Shown here one piece after another: positions 11,651 through 25,737 of a stretch of 64,000 bases of DNA (its first letter is position 1; each line of letters starts with the position of its first letter). Both the position numbers and the translations under genes were made by a program. Location: the NCBI GenBank assembly GCA_002633005.1, contig NMRA01000453.1:1-64000 (forward strand), written 5' to 3'. Source of the stretch: Phoronis australis. Taxonomy: Eukaryota > Animalia > Phoronida. Below the pieces are notes generated by a model. The model had not been told where the DNA came from. It worked only from the letters and a program-made list of their open reading frames with translations, and did not search any database.

Positions 11651-13981
11651 TCATTACACCAGAGAAAACTAAGCTTCGTATAGCACTGCTTCTCCAGTTA
11701 CATAGTTACCACATGTCCACAAGGACATTTGTGAGTGATTGATTACTCAACCAGAGAGCTAGGTTATCTCATTGTACCAGGAATAAATTTTAAAGGTACT
11801 ACTGCCTTTTTCAGCAAAGCAAAAGTTTTAGTCTAGTTGGTTTAGAGTACTTAGCAGTTCCAAAACTTTGGAACAATTTTCCTGTGATTAGAACTGAAAT
11901 ATACTGAACTTTGTGCATGAAAAACTACGGTTACACAATGTAGTGACCAATGCTTTGTGGCTACCATGCCAGTGCCTTGTTATACTGCTACTATGGAGAG
12001 AAGTTCACTATCCTGTGTAACTTAAGTATGTAGGTATTGTAAACCACTCTAAGAACATAAACATATTTAAATGGTCTCAATCAATAACAAACTGTAAGCC
12101 CAAACATCATCTCTACTCTGAGTAAGGAACAAGTAAAGGCTAGTTTTACAACAGAAATGGACAAAATCACAACTCATTTGTTGGACTTGAGGTACTGGGT
12201 TCACAGCAGCTTTGGAGTTCTGACCCACTCAACTGCGCATGTCAAGAGAATAAAATCACTAAGAGGGGTTGTGCAAACTTAAACTAGGCCAAAGTAAACT
12301 TTAGACACAATGACAATGTTCATCACCTAACCCAACCACCCCATGGATTGTTTGCCACTCATATTCACCATATAACAAGAATGCCTAGTCACAGCTTGTT
12401 TGCATCATCCCCCAATGCCTTCTGAAAGTCCAGACTCATTTGCACTGCCTATTAACCTGTCTACTGTATGTGGAGATCCCTTTAGGAAATGAAGTGGAAA
12501 AGCTATGTCAGCAAGTCAAAGTCTTCCAGGTACCATATAAAGTTGTCCTGGTTTCAGTTACAAGTTGCATCTTGCCTTGTTTAGCTATCTAAAATCAAAA
12601 CTCCAGTTAATAGTAAGCTTTTGATGTTGTGACATACCATTTTCCAGGGGTAGTGGGATAAATTGTACAGATTCCTTTAGAAATGTGTAATTGAAGATTT
12701 TTTATATAGGATTTAGGATTTTATTAACAAAAGAGCATGACCAAAGGACTGTAATACAAAAATCAAACAACAAGAGAGGCGATATCATCAGCAATCAATA
12801 CTATCAAATATGTAACCTGGATAAACTCACTTGATAACAACCACTTACTTCTTCCTGGAATTCCACAATTGAAACAGGATCAGGTTCATTTCTTAACAGC
12901 CAACAATATTACACATTACACCTCAGTAATCAACCGAATTCTAACCACAATGCTGTGAGTGAACATGGAACTCTGCTCAATCTCAAGATTGCATATGAGT
13001 AAACATGGAATTAAATATTCATCAAAGCAATCACATAAATTTTGTGTTCAGTGTAACAAAGTTTTGTAATTATTGGTCTCACGATCACCCGTTTTCTTCT
13101 TTACCACTGTCACAGAATCAGAGGAATATGTAGATCATTAATTAATTAGTTTGGTGAATAAGAACACATATTGTTGAAAAAAGCCAACAAAGGATAGTTA
13201 AAAATTACAATATTTTCATAACATATAATTTGATTTAGTGCAACGCATATTTTTATCAACATGAATTTGATTAATTGAGTGATCTTGCCAAGTTTCCTAA
13301 GGTGTTCGGCCATGTTCATGCATACCCAATCTCGAGATCAAGCAAAATTCCAAGTTCAAGCACCGCAAAACGACCAGCCAGAGAGCAAGTGTGTACATTG
13401 GTTTATTTACAAACTAGCATTATTGACCCAGTCTACACACACCACTACAGCAACAGTATGAGGCGCGACAATGTTTTTGCTTGGCATCCAAGTCTGGCGC
13501 ATGTACGTTTCTTGTGAATCTCAAATCCTAGTTCCATATCCTGAAGTAACTACTCTTTCTGTTTAGCACACATTACGATGGAGCAACCAAATTGTCTTTA
13601 AAAAATCTTAAAAGCATCAAACATTTGCACATGGTATAGTCTCTTCAATCCAGGACACAATATGGCAGACAAGACAAGTTTTATTAATATTTTTTTTTGG
13701 AAATTTGAAAGACACCATACCATCAATTATATGCCTTTCCCTGTTCAAGTTTTCTACCATAACCATCTTAAAAGATGTTCCGAAACCACGAAACCATTCA
13801 CAACAATATCATACGCACTTAAAAATTGGAAAATAACAATTTTGGCATTTGAAATTAATGAGATTTTACTTAACTGAACAGTATCACAAAAATAGTTAAA
13901 GATGAATTTGGTCAAAGCAGAAATCTTAACCGAAGAGCTATGGGGTTTAAACACATTAACACCATGATAAAATCTTGAATT

Positions 13982-14235
13982 GTTGCCAAATGAGCTGCCA
14001 ACTCAAGTCACAGGCAATGCGGACAGCGAGTCATTTTCAAATTTTAGGGTTGGCCAACACCCAATGAACTCTGAAGCATCTTCTTGAATATCTATCTGAA
14101 AGTTTCGATATTATTGGCAATGAAAACAGAATCTTATCGTGGTAAGGAAAACTACAAGAACAATATTCTAAGAGTACCAAAAGGCCCAATTCAATTTTTG
14201 ATTTTTAGCCAGCTAAACAGGACAAAATGCAGTTT
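13982..14235 (+). repeat. Dispersed ~250-bp repeat (other copies at about 20400-20635 and 25200-25432)
   Basis: Shared CAAGTCACA(G/A)GCAATGC...AATTTTAG(G/A)GTTG...AAAGGCCC(A/G)ATTC...CTAAACAGG..AAATGCAG in all three copies. Confidence 0.75.
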
Positions 14236-16004
14236 CGAAAGTTTGAGAATGCAATATCAACAATATAATCTTTGAAATATAGAAATATTGAATTTAGGCA
14301 ATTAGTTACATGCTAACTTGTACTAGCTTCAGCTGAGGAAACTAACCCAACTCGCAATATAGCCATGTTAGTTTTCAACAATTTTATGACTTGATTATTT
14401 GAGGTGCAATGCAGATGTCAATGATGGCTAACTTGTAAAGAGGTGTCTCATGATAGGCAACTCTGCATGTGTATTAGTGACAGACATGGGACCATCAATT
14501 ATTCAAATTCAAGTACGCAGTTATGAAAACCAATAACTCAGAGCAACATAAATAACTTGATAAGGGATTCTAAAAATAAATCGTCAGCAAAATGCAATCA
14601 TGAGAATCGAGTTCAAAGACTTCCAAAACAGAAATGCCAGAACGTTTCCTGAAGGAAATTGAACGAATCTCAACAGTTTTAATGTCAATTCTTTGTCCGT
14701 TACCAAATGACAATACATAACAGTTAAGACAGAGTATAAAATCTATACCTACAGGAGATCCTACAATCCATTTACACAGTGAAGTTCATTGATCGGTATT
14801 CTGACTAGTTTATGGAAAGACAGCTTAATGAACAAGCTTTTGAATAGTCAATGAAATTGTCAGCACATCAAATACACTCACAGACATATACCAAATATGG
14901 ACAGTACAAAGGTTAAGTACATATCTAGAGGCAGTCTGAAGTTGTCTGAATGTTTGAATAAACTTCAAAAGCAGTTTAACATGTTGCACTATGCAGGGTG
15001 AGTCTAAGTTTGGCTATTTTTTCTAGTACTTATTGTAGATGTCTAGTTTACTACCAGTCTTTGTGTCCACCTCCATTCTCAACACAACATCCAACAGCTG
15101 CGTGCCCACCACAGATAGGTGTGGCAGAGGAGGGTGGGGTCTAACACACAATGGGTAGTCTGGTAGGTGTCACTGCATCCAAACTAAACCAATGCCTTGC
15201 CTAATAAAAACGAATACCCCATAAAATATCAAGACAAAAAGCTCCATTCTAAGACAAGACCATTTGTTCTAATCCCATCTTGGTCACCACAAATGCCACT
15301 TCCTTCTGATATTATCTGACCTAATACACTAATAATATAAAGGCATAGACACACAAGTCACACACAAACAGACACAAACATAACACACACAAGCACACCG
15401 ACACACCTCCAACTTATCAGTTTTATAATGTCAATGCCCAGAGTATGAACCCTATTCCTTACAATATAAAAATAAATTTTTTTCCCAGTGGTATTAACCG
15501 CCACAAATGTATTATATTATGTATGTAAACTATTAAAAGTAAGTAGGCATAAAACATTTTTAATATAGTGAAAAGTGCTCTCTTGTTTGTTTTTACTAAA
15601 CGCTCTTTACTATTCAATGGTCAACAGTCAGTCTTCCCATTAAATTTATGTTCAATATTTAAGTACTACACAAGTTAATAACATAGCAGCAGAGCAGCAC
15701 TGCTAAATCTAAACGTTTCAACTGTAATCATAACACATAGTTGGCTATTTGTTGACAGAGAATCACAATAGATTATTGAAGACAAAATAATTTGCATCAG
15801 GGGTTAAAAGTTCAATTCAAAGAATTGCATGACCATTCTAACAATGTCACTGTCCTGAAATTGTTTTGTATCAGAGCTTGGAAACACAATTGTATGATCA
15901 TAACAACTCAATGTGCACACATCCAAGGCTCTATAGGTGGTGAGATTACCAAATTTTGTGGTGTCAAAGGAACTTTGAAATTTCAGTGAGGTCCACAGAC
16001 TTGC

Positions 16005-16250
16005 CTTAGAACAACTTACTCCTGAAACGAGTTGTCACCAGGTTTGGGGGCTGTCTGGACGCTATTTAAACTAGTGCAACTTACCCCACCTTATCAAGGT
16101 AGGGTAACTTGTACTAGGGTAACTTGTGCCACTTGTATTAGCTGTGTGGCCACCAACCTAGCTCAAGGCAGAAGTAATTATCAGCTGCAATTACATGCAG
16201 GTGGGTCTACTTTTGTGGGGCGTATTCGCAATTAGCTGTTCATTGTTCTG
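16005..16250 (-). mobile_element. Fragment of the Harbinger-like MITE at 24587-24990
   Basis: Reverse-complement similarity to 24716-24965 (GGACGCTATTTAAACTAGTGCAAC; TAATTATCAGCTGC). Confidence 0.7.
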
Positions 16251-17923
16251 CACTGAGCAACAACCTCTGCTTTGTGCCAGTTATCGGATGTGTGTGTCTG
16301 TGAGTGTGTGTCTGTCTGCCTGTCCGTCTGTCTGTCTGTCTTCCTGCATGCGTTTGTGCATGGGAAGTGGATATGTCTATGTGTGCATGAGACTTTTGAG
16401 ACATTACTAATCCATTGTAGTCATGAATTTGATGTACGAAAATGAGTGCTACAGTGAATATCACTACTTTGGGACAGCACTGCATCAACAAACCTTTGCA
16501 AAGTTAAATATTCCTATTATGTGCAAACACAGATGATGGTTTACTGTGGCTGGATGATTGTTCGATTACTATTACATTATCCTTATTATGGGCTCCTATT
16601 GTTGTACAGTAAATCTCAAAGACAACCGATGTAAAACACAGGTGACATGCTCAAAATCTTAACTCTCAGTTCTCCTAACTGACAAGTTTGATAGTGAAGA
16701 AGCATATTGCAAGGTGAAAAGCACCAGAAACAATGAGAGATACATGAGCAATAGAGCAATATCCTTGGCAGCCAGAGAGCTATTTTAATGTCACGCCGCC
16801 GATTTCTTGAGCATAAGAGTCATATCATAATAATAACAATACTTTAAGAAATGCAAAACCAATAAACGGTCAATACCTTGTTTAAAAAATGTTGAAATTA
16901 AGTTAAAGCGCTGCTTGGCATAATATTTGATGCACTGCTTACTAAATGTCAGTATTTCAAATGTAAGTAATTCATGACATTTGGTTCAAAGAAATGTATT
17001 ACAATTTCTAAAATAATTAAAAACACAGCTTCTATCCCAGTGCTAATAGCAATGGTCATATGTAACTGCTGTTGGTGACATAAAATAGTGAGTGAAAACC
17101 ACACAAAGTGCAGACAAAGCCAGACTTACAGTTCATAAGCATTCAGATTTCTACAAATCTCACTTCAAAGACAGAACTATACATTTGCCACTAGGCCACC
17201 ACAAAGAACACTGTTAGTAATTACTAGAACCATGTATATACCTTGGGTATGTGTATTGCCGCAAATAGGACATAACCAATTTCCCAAACTACCTGAAAAG
17301 GTACCGAAACATCTATCACCGCTTTCACACAACACTAAAAACTTCAGTCAAATGCAAATTAAATTCAAAATCCACAGTAACTGGCATTCTGGGAAATAAT
17401 ATAGAAATTTGAACACACATACTCAGTCAGAGATAACAACGACTGGATATCATCAACATTTTAGGTTACAGCTAGTTTTTTGGCCATGATGACAGAAATT
17501 ATCTAAAACCGAGTTATAAACACCTCACAACCTAAACATCTGTTATGTGTTTTGTACCCAGTTCTTTCTGATTTCAATCAATAACATTTCACAAACTTTT
17601 TGCACCCATTTTAATAGTGCTTTGAATGATAACCAAAGCCTTGCAGCCTTTGGAAGATCACTGCTCTTCTAATCTTTGATGACTAACACAAAAATACTGG
17701 ACATCGGTGGACCACTTACAAAGAGAAAAGCAAAATCTTGGAACAGGTATGCCGAAAACAAGAACTATGATTGAAACCAAACAATCAGGAGGGATTGCCG
17801 TTCTACCAAATTACGCGAAGAGTTTTCATTAAATGTAATGTTTTTCTGCATTAAATCAAAAGATTTATTGCATAAGAAACCGGGTCTTGCACATTTTCGA
17901 TCTATGTGACAGTTAACTAACTA

Positions 17924-19728
17924 CCGTAAACGTTCGGGTTAACGCCCTGGGCAGTTAAATTGGCAAACCCAAAAAATCGGGGGTGGGCGGTTAACCAGAC
18001 ATGGGCGCTTAAACGTGAAACTTCAAAAAATCCAGGGTGGGCGGTTAACCGAACATGGGCGCTTATTACGACAGGCAAGCGCCCTGGGCGGTTAATCTTA
18101 CCTCGTGATCTAGGTACCCACACCACGTAGGCCTACTCGGAACGCGTAGCACTTTTCAAAAAGCGTTATCGTCACGTCACCACGACGGGAAAAATGTCAT
18201 AACAGCGGATGATCCTCACAAAGGTTATCATGCCCTCTGATTAGTTATTCACAATTAAATTTACAGAATTGCTGAGTAATAGCCCCGTGCCGTCCTGCAG
18301 TCTCGTTATTTAGCCCTGTAGAGCGCAGACGACCAGTGACCACGCAGCCTCTACTTGGATTGCAACTATTTCATCTTGCTAAAGTGCGCACGTGCAAGCC
18401 TCACGTGTTGCAGAGGTCACAGCAGACATCAAATTTATGGTTACAGTCTCGTACTAGCTGCCAAGTTCATAGTCAGAGAGCAGTTTTAAAATTGGTTGTA
18501 ATAAAAGTTTGAAAACCTTAATTCAGATGTTTTTTGTGTTTGGGATGTTTATAGTCCACACTCTGTGACTCAATGATATTTTAAGCGTATGGTTCTGTGG
18601 CTTGCTGTTTTATCTCGACTGCCCGGCATTGCTCACTTGCCGTTGCGCCAAACATGCTCGGCAAAGAAGTAGGCCCAAGACAAGAATCGGTGTTAAGCGG
18701 CCGTGTGCCACTTGTCAATCAAGAATAAAGTTTCGAGCCACGGCATCAATATGCGATAAAACACTACAAAACAGCGATGTTTCAATTCATAAACGATCAC
18801 CTTACCAAACTTTGTGGTGGAAAAACATTTATTTTTCATGCAAGATGTCCAGATTATCCTATTTATATCACTGGCAATATCGCACTGCGGCACTGTTCGG
18901 TCCCGTTGTTAGCGCGCAATGTCTCAGTCGGCTGACAATGTGACTTGGAAATGCCGTCAAGTAATATAACGGCCTCTTTCAATTTGCATCTCGTTTTTTT
19001 ATGGCCAAAGGTAGCGGTGGGATTCAGCACGTGCGTAGGGCCTACGTGCGAGTCACCTGTCAATCACATGTTGGTGTCAAGGTAACAAGCACTCCAAAGA
19101 GTGGGAACTTGCGTGCGTGTACCACTACAAAGTCACACATCAAAAGAGAATAGCGACAGTCCTAAGTAACAGAAACGGGCGTGACTATATACTTTTAACC
19201 ATTGTCTCATTTCTCTGGCCTGATTTTTTCGAATATATGTTTTATCAAGTGCACTGCAGACGAAAACTCAGCGCGGCAGACAAAGTCGCTGAAAGCGGAG
19301 GTTTTGACACTGGCGGCGTTCTTAAACTTTGCAAACATGGGAAGAAAATAAAGTGACAAAAACGTTCAAGTATTATATTTTGAAGTGAGTCCATGATCCA
19401 AGACAATAACTCGCTACTTGTATAATTGCAATTCACATAGCTAAACCACCATCTCGGAGGCCTGGCGTCGTTGCGCTCATTGTGATCATCGATCTTTTTC
19501 TAAAAGTCGGGGAATCGCGCGTTTCCTTAGCACTGGGCGCTAAATCTTCATTCTTTAAAAGTCTAGGATGGGTGCTTAACGGAAAGGTGGGCGCTTAACT
19601 GGAAATCTTCAAAAATCGCAGGGGGGCGCTTAACCGAGCAGTGGGCGGTTAAATCGAAAATCCACCTAAAGTAGGGGGTGGACGCCAGGCGGTTAACTGA
19701 GCATGGGCGTTAACCTGAACGTTTACGG
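17924..19728. mobile_element. Tc1/mariner-pogo type non-autonomous DNA transposon (~1.8 kb)
   Basis: TIRs CCGTAAACGTTC(G/A)GGTTAACGCCC, TA on both flanks, subterminal repeats GGGCGGTTAA/GGGCGCTTAA at both ends. Confidence 0.85.
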
Positions 19729-20677
19729 TAGTCAATTAATACTGGCTAACCGGTGGACAGAGCTTATTGGCAATTCCTTGTCCGAACTAACAAAGACTAC
19801 GACATTCATGAAATAGCTACTATATTTTAGTACATTAAAGCAGTGAGAATTAATTGTTTAGGGTGGTCATGCTTATAAAATGCACATCAGAACTAACATG
19901 TTCACAAGGGCAATCCTTCTTCAGTTGGCAAACTACGCATGCATTTTGCAAACTGGTTACTGGATGATTTCGCGACAACTGAGTTGTATAAGGCATCGGT
20001 CTTATACCTCCACTAAGAGCTATAAAAAAAACAAACACCAAACTGATCAAAAGGCACAGCAAATCTTTCAGTGCTGTCACTGTGGCATCAAAAACTAAGT
20101 ACTTGAGCACTACACCATCATGATCTACAATAATCACATTATTGACATCATGTTACTAAGTGCACAGTGCATTGTTAACTTGCTTGATTACTCTATATAA
20201 TGGACCATTGTGGCAGCATCAGAAGATGGTGGTAAGAGGTCAAGAAGTAGTTATGATGCCTCATTTTCAGCCAAAATTAAACAGAAAAGAATATGCAGAC
20301 AGATTTAACTGTCATAATGTGAAAATGTTTTCTTTTACCTTGTGTTGCACGTTTTGTTTGTGACTTGTGTTGGAAATGGACTCCTTTTAAAATCTAGTTC
20401 CGTTACCAAATCAAGTCACAGGCAATGCGTACAAACTTGCAATTTTAGAGTTGGTCAATCCCAATCACACCTGAAGTATTTTGCTGAATTGCTGATGGAT
20501 TCGAGTCTCTTGATGGTAATGAAAATAGAATCCTATTACTGTAAGGAATATCATAAGACCAATTTGATGAGAGTAAAAGGCCCGATTCGATTTTTGTTTT
20601 TAAGTCAGCTAAACAGGCCAAAATGCAGCTTCAACTATTAGAATGGAAATAAAAAAGACAAAAAATGAAGATAAATG

Positions 20678-21120
20678 TGACTCGCGACTTCCAGGTGTGA
20701 TGTAGAGTTGTATAAAGCCTCTCTAAATCGAGGCAATTGCCGCTTGGCCAAATGGTTTGGATGCTCGGTTCTCATACACGACCAAGGGCAACCTCAGCGT
20801 CGATGTATTTTTCTACATTGCCACTCAACAACGGTAGAATCTATGACCACAAGGGATGTCAGCAGTCCCCTAAGGGAGGACCGAAGCAATGCTCCAACAC
20901 CTCCAGTGGAAACCCAGACCACAGACCAGACCATGTCTTGATCCATACACGGGGATAAGAGTGGTGTGACACTTGACTTCCGGGTACGATGTAGAGTGAT
21001 ATAAAACCTCTTTAAATCACTTGACAATTGGCAATTGTTTCTTGGCCGAATGGCTTGGATGCTCAGCTATCATGCAGACAATCCCAGTTTAAGTCTCGAT
21101 GTTGATGGATTTGTCCACAT
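20678..21120 (+). repeat. Two diverged direct copies (~290-bp period) of a repeat with a tRNA-SINE-like head
   Basis: GACTTCC(A/G)GGT..GATGTAGAGT...TTGGCC(A/G)AATGG(T/C)TTGGATGCTC at about 20687 and 20975. Confidence 0.55.
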
Positions 21121-21179
21121 ATTACAGATGAGATGGCCAATTTGGGCACATGTGCCCAAGAGAAAAACACTTGAGCAAA

Positions 21180-21487
21180 CAGGGCCCTAAATCCCTCTGA
21201 AAAATATTGAAAACTCACGCGAAACTCCCCTCACGAGGCCCAAAAATTACCCTCAAGTGATTGAAAAATTCTTCTCCAAGTTGTAATCACTTGTAACCCA
21301 CACAGGTGACATTTGAAAGATCACAAAATGTTAGTTTTTGCTACTTGAGGCAGAGCCTATGAGAACTTGCAACAGGAGTAGGGGTGTTATTGATGGTGAT
21401 CGGGAGGTAGAATTTCTCCCTCACCTGAAAAAATTCCTCTATCTAGAAGACACAGGCACCCTTCCCCTTGAATGAATGAGGGCCCTG
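21180..21487. mobile_element. MITE with CAGGGCCCT TIRs and 5-bp TSD (hAT5-like)
   Basis: CAGGGCCCT...AGGGCCCTG with GCAAA duplicated on both flanks. Confidence 0.65.
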
Positions 21488-21610
21488 GCAAATCTAATCT
21501 TTATGAAAAAACCTAATTGCTCTAGATAAAGTAAAAGCATAAAAGATGAATCTCTTCCACTATAACATACAGTATCCCTGCTAATTAGCTATTAGTATAA
21601 TGCTACTTAA

Positions 21611-22593
21611 AGACGAAGGCAACATTTTTCATGTCATTTTTATTAAGAATACGATTCATTGATTATCACAGACATATTTTTTAGTTAATTACAGTTTTTC
21701 ATAATTTAATCAATTAGTCGTACCGTACCCCGGAAGTGATGCTTCGGAGATTAAGAATTTCCTGCCATTTTGTTTCGGCGTTCAAGTTCACTGTGAGGAT
21801 CTGCTCCACTGTTGTTTTCGTGCTGGTTTCCTAAAATTGTCACCATGTTCCATAAACGAGTATTCTACGACAAGCTAACTTGTTAGAGAACTCAATTACA
21901 TTGGATTTAAGGATCGTTTAAGTTTGTAGCAGCCTGAAAATGGCTAGAGTTGGTGACTCATATCACAGTAACATGAGTGACAGCCTGTTCACTGGACGAT
22001 GAACTGTCCTCACTGGGTGTATTCACTGCCACTACTCAACATCACTGCAAGGCTGCTTACAGGCATTGGGGTGGAGACAACACCAGCACAGGGCGAATCA
22101 CTGCAAGTTAACAGAATTGCACACTCTGGGGTATGTTCGGAGGCATAGGTGACAATAGATGAAGGGCCTTGTGTCACTGTAGAGGCCACAGCTCGCGAGG
22201 CTTCTCGCTTCAAAAATGCACTTCTCGGGTGTAGCGACGGAGCATGCACTGCTGGGAATCAAAAGCGATGGTGTAGCACCCTTCTTCAGGCGGGAACCTT
22301 CATCAATTCCGCGTACATGCCTCTTTCGTAATACGACAATAGAAAATGCTTGCGACATACTTGGTAATTCTCCACTACTTTGTACATTGCGTGGATGGGT
22401 AACACTGCATTCTTCACAAGAACGAGCCAAGCAGCCAACGGGGGAATGTGATATCTTTCGGAAAGCGATGTCTGACTGGAGCACGACTTATTAATTAAAT
22501 TACGAAAAGTCACAATTAACCGAAAAATATGTCTGGGATAATCAGTGAGCCGTATTTTTACTAAAAATGACATGAAAAAGGTTGTCTTTGCCT
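21611..22593 (-). mobile_element. Kolobok-like element with degenerate THAP domain
   Basis: TTAA TSDs (21607-10, 22594-97) and imperfect TIRs of 80 bp or more starting AG. Frameshifted minus-strand THAP remnant: HRFPKD / WLVLVKN / VCRKHF / RLKKGATPSL. Confidence 0.8.
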
Positions 22594-24169
22594 TTAACTA
22601 AACTAACTAAAGCGTCTTACGTTCGGTGCTTTATTACGTAATATTAAGTCAAAATTACATAGATGCAAGCAGGTATATACATGCACCATATGACAATTAA
22701 ATGCACCATTCTTGAACCTGAAATATCAACAAACTGACTTCCAACCCAGTTTGAGATCTGGGAGATCTGGTACTGGGTCAGGCCCTGCCCCTGCCCTGCA
22801 ATGCCAATGCCGGCATTGCCAATGGTCAGGGCAGGTTTAGTCGCAGAAGGTGGAACCGATGAAAAAGCATAACCAGAAATTTTGCTTTCACAACAATTTT
22901 CCTAAAATTCATACAAACCGATGCATTAGATACATTACCTCCCATTCAGACAATAAACACGCAAACAGCAAGAGAAACCTCAATCAGTGTGATCAATTAT
23001 ACACCCGGGGAAATGAAGTTGAAATATTACAAGTACCTTAGTGACGTCATGCCTCCATGGTCACGCCAACAACCAAGTTATACTTTCTTCAACAATTAGT
23101 TGTTTTACTTTTACTGCTTTAAAACTTGCAATTAAAACTGAATTTATAAAAATCGTATTGAAAGTAAAATTATGTCTACAAAAGAGTCAAAACGACTAAG
23201 AATAATTACTACAATTTCCCTATTTTCAATAGTTAGTTTGGCGCTTTGAGTACCTCAAAAAGTGAGATATCACTCAAATGATTTCCAGGAAGCAGCTCAT
23301 TTTAAAGGTTGGGTATCTTAATGCAGAGTAAGTTACTTAAAAATTATAACAAAACATCCAATGCAAGTGAATGGCACATTAGAAATTAGTTTGAGAAACA
23401 TATACATGCGGGTATACTTACGACCGTACATCGATTTTTAATTTTTGAGCCACACAAGGAAAAGCGGGAGTTACGAAGCTCAATATTTCGGTAGAACCAT
23501 TAAACGACCAGTGTTTCTGGATCTGGGGTTTACGTTAATCATAAAATACTGTAATTGTAGCTCATTGTCATTTATTTCATTAATCTCTTTAAAGAACTCT
23601 CTTAACTTAGATATTATAGTCGTTTTTAGTTGCCTGAACCTGACTGCAGAAAATTCTTCACTCTCAGTCTCACTTCCCAGGCAGTACCCGCAGTACCACT
23701 TTGCCATTGCCCTGTTGCATTGTACCATTTCCCAACACTTAACACACAACCTCTGACTTCTTATTGGTATTGTCATTAATCTTAGATAGTATCTTGATCC
23801 TATTGTTTATACTTTTAGAGCTGGATACGGCTGCCAATATATACTTTAACAGATCCTTGGGCTTGGCTTGGCAAAGCCTTGATTGTGTTGGTGATTGGAA
23901 ACTCCTGTCAGACGGTGTGTTGTGCCTGTGGGGTTAGACCTCTGTGGCTTTAAGTTAAAATATGAGCCTCGTGTCAAGTTGCTAAGTGTTGAGATTGACT
24001 ACAGATTAAGATTTGATTTACATGGCTGTGAAATATGCAGAAACGCGGCAGCTCGATTGACTGTCCTACAAAGGCTTTCTCATGATGATTATGGTGCTAG
24101 GTACACTGTTTTTAAGAAGTTTTATCCTTCGTATGTAATTTTTACTAATTTAAAATAGTTTAACATTTC

Positions 24170-24560
24170 TGTGGTGTAATATTTACATGCAAACTTGAAC
24201 AATTGCTGTACAGAGTCCTCAAGCTTGTGTAACAGGATTTGAACAGTCACTATGAATCATTATTAGGAAGAGCAAATCCTCCCACTTTGGAGCTCAGGGG
24301 AAAGCAAGCGATTCTCCTGGAGCTTCATGTGGGACCTCTTTGGGGTCAGAGACTCCTTGTATGATCTGGGGTCTAGTGTCACTCTGTGAACTCCTTTCTG
24401 GCTTCCTATGCGAGGCTCTTGAACTCCCTACCGAAGGTGATGAGGGAGGTGAAGGGGCTTAGTGCTTTCAGACACAGCCTGTCAGTTTGGACCAGCTATG
24501 ATTGTGCCGACAAGTGTTATAGCGAGTGTTGCATCCTCACCTGGCCACTACGCATCCCTC
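24170..24560 (+). mobile_element. CR1/L2-group LINE 3' fragment (RT C-terminal region, degenerate)
   Basis: KLEQLLYRVLKLV*QDLNSHYESLLGRANPPTLELR and ARLLNSLPKVMREVKGLSAFRHSL resemble the conserved KLE..Q.RALR...SY..LL....LPTL and WNSLP..........FK tail. Confidence 0.65.
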
Positions 24561-24586
24561 ATTTATTAATTTGTTTATAATACTTA

Positions 24587-24990
24587 AGTCCTGCCCACAC
24601 ACATACTTACTCTAGAACAACTTGCGCTACGTGCAAGTTACTAGTGCCCCACTTTTAAGTGGAGCGTCCACACACACATATCCGATAGCTAGGGTAAGGC
24701 AGTTTTCACTCTGTGACAATGAACACTTAATGCAGATACGGGCCGCAAAAGAAAACCCGTCTATAACCGCAGCTGATAATTAGTTCCGCCTTGCCTCAGG
24801 TTTGCAGCCCTACAGGAATTAGAAGTGGTGTAAGTTACCCTAGAAAAGTTACCCTACCTAGGTAAGGTGGAGTAGGTTGTCACAAGTGGCGTTGCACTAG
24901 TTTAAATAGCGTCCACAAAGCCTCCAAACCTAGCAACAAGTTGTTCTCTGAGTAACTTCTTCTAGGGTATGTTTGTGTATGGATGGCACT
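24587..24990. mobile_element. PIF/Harbinger-like MITE
   Basis: Imperfect TIRs AAGTCCTGCCCACACACATAC / GTATGTTTGTGTATGGATGGCACTT with TTA/TAA-like flanks; partial inverted copy at 16005-16250. Confidence 0.55.
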
Positions 24991-25737
24991 TTAGGAACTT
25001 ATTTATTTTGCTGTAATATTTAGTAGAATTTATTTAAATTTCTTAATTATGAGAGATAATGGCACTCATTACCCAGTCTGTTTCTCAAACTTAAACTTAA
25101 TGTTTCATCTTTGTTATTATCTCCCTTGCTAAGTCTAAGATTCTTCGTGTCCTGTAGTTGGGTTGTAAGACATAACCACACTCAACCGATCTTGACTTGT
25201 TGCCGAATATGCCTAAGCCAGCTACACAAGTCACAAGCAATGCATACATGGCCATTGTTTTGATTTTTCAATTTTAGGGTTGCCCAACCCCACTAAAGTC
25301 TAAAGCGTGTTCATGAGTCACTGATGGTTTTGATGGAAACAGAATCCTATCAAACTGTCGTATTTTATGAGAATTAAAGGCCCAATTCGATTAAATCATT
25401 TAGCCAACTAAACAGGATGAAATGCAGCTTTTTCATCCAAAGTCTGCTGTTGGCTTTAACCGGGACAATTGTGATACTTGCTTTTGCCAATTACCACCCA
25501 ATACTTGTTTTGACTTTGTCTCAGGTTTCAAACTATTCTTCTCTTTCTATCCAGTTTGCAAGATCAGTGTAAAAGGCTGAGTTACAGAATTAAATGTATT
25601 AGAAAAAAAATTTTAATGTTGTAATTGTTCCAATTCTATGTCTTAAATAACTGAGCCGATGTGAGCGTAAACAGTGAACTGAACAGCAGCCTTAACAGCA
25701 GTGAAATTATGAAAATATGTTTCTTTCTTGTAGCACA

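Noticed and set aside
23480-23776. Minus-strand ORF with CVKC...QC...WYCGYCL (PHD-like)
   Set aside because: The ligand set is incomplete and there is no splice context. It could be a decayed LINE ORF1 piece but cannot be supported.
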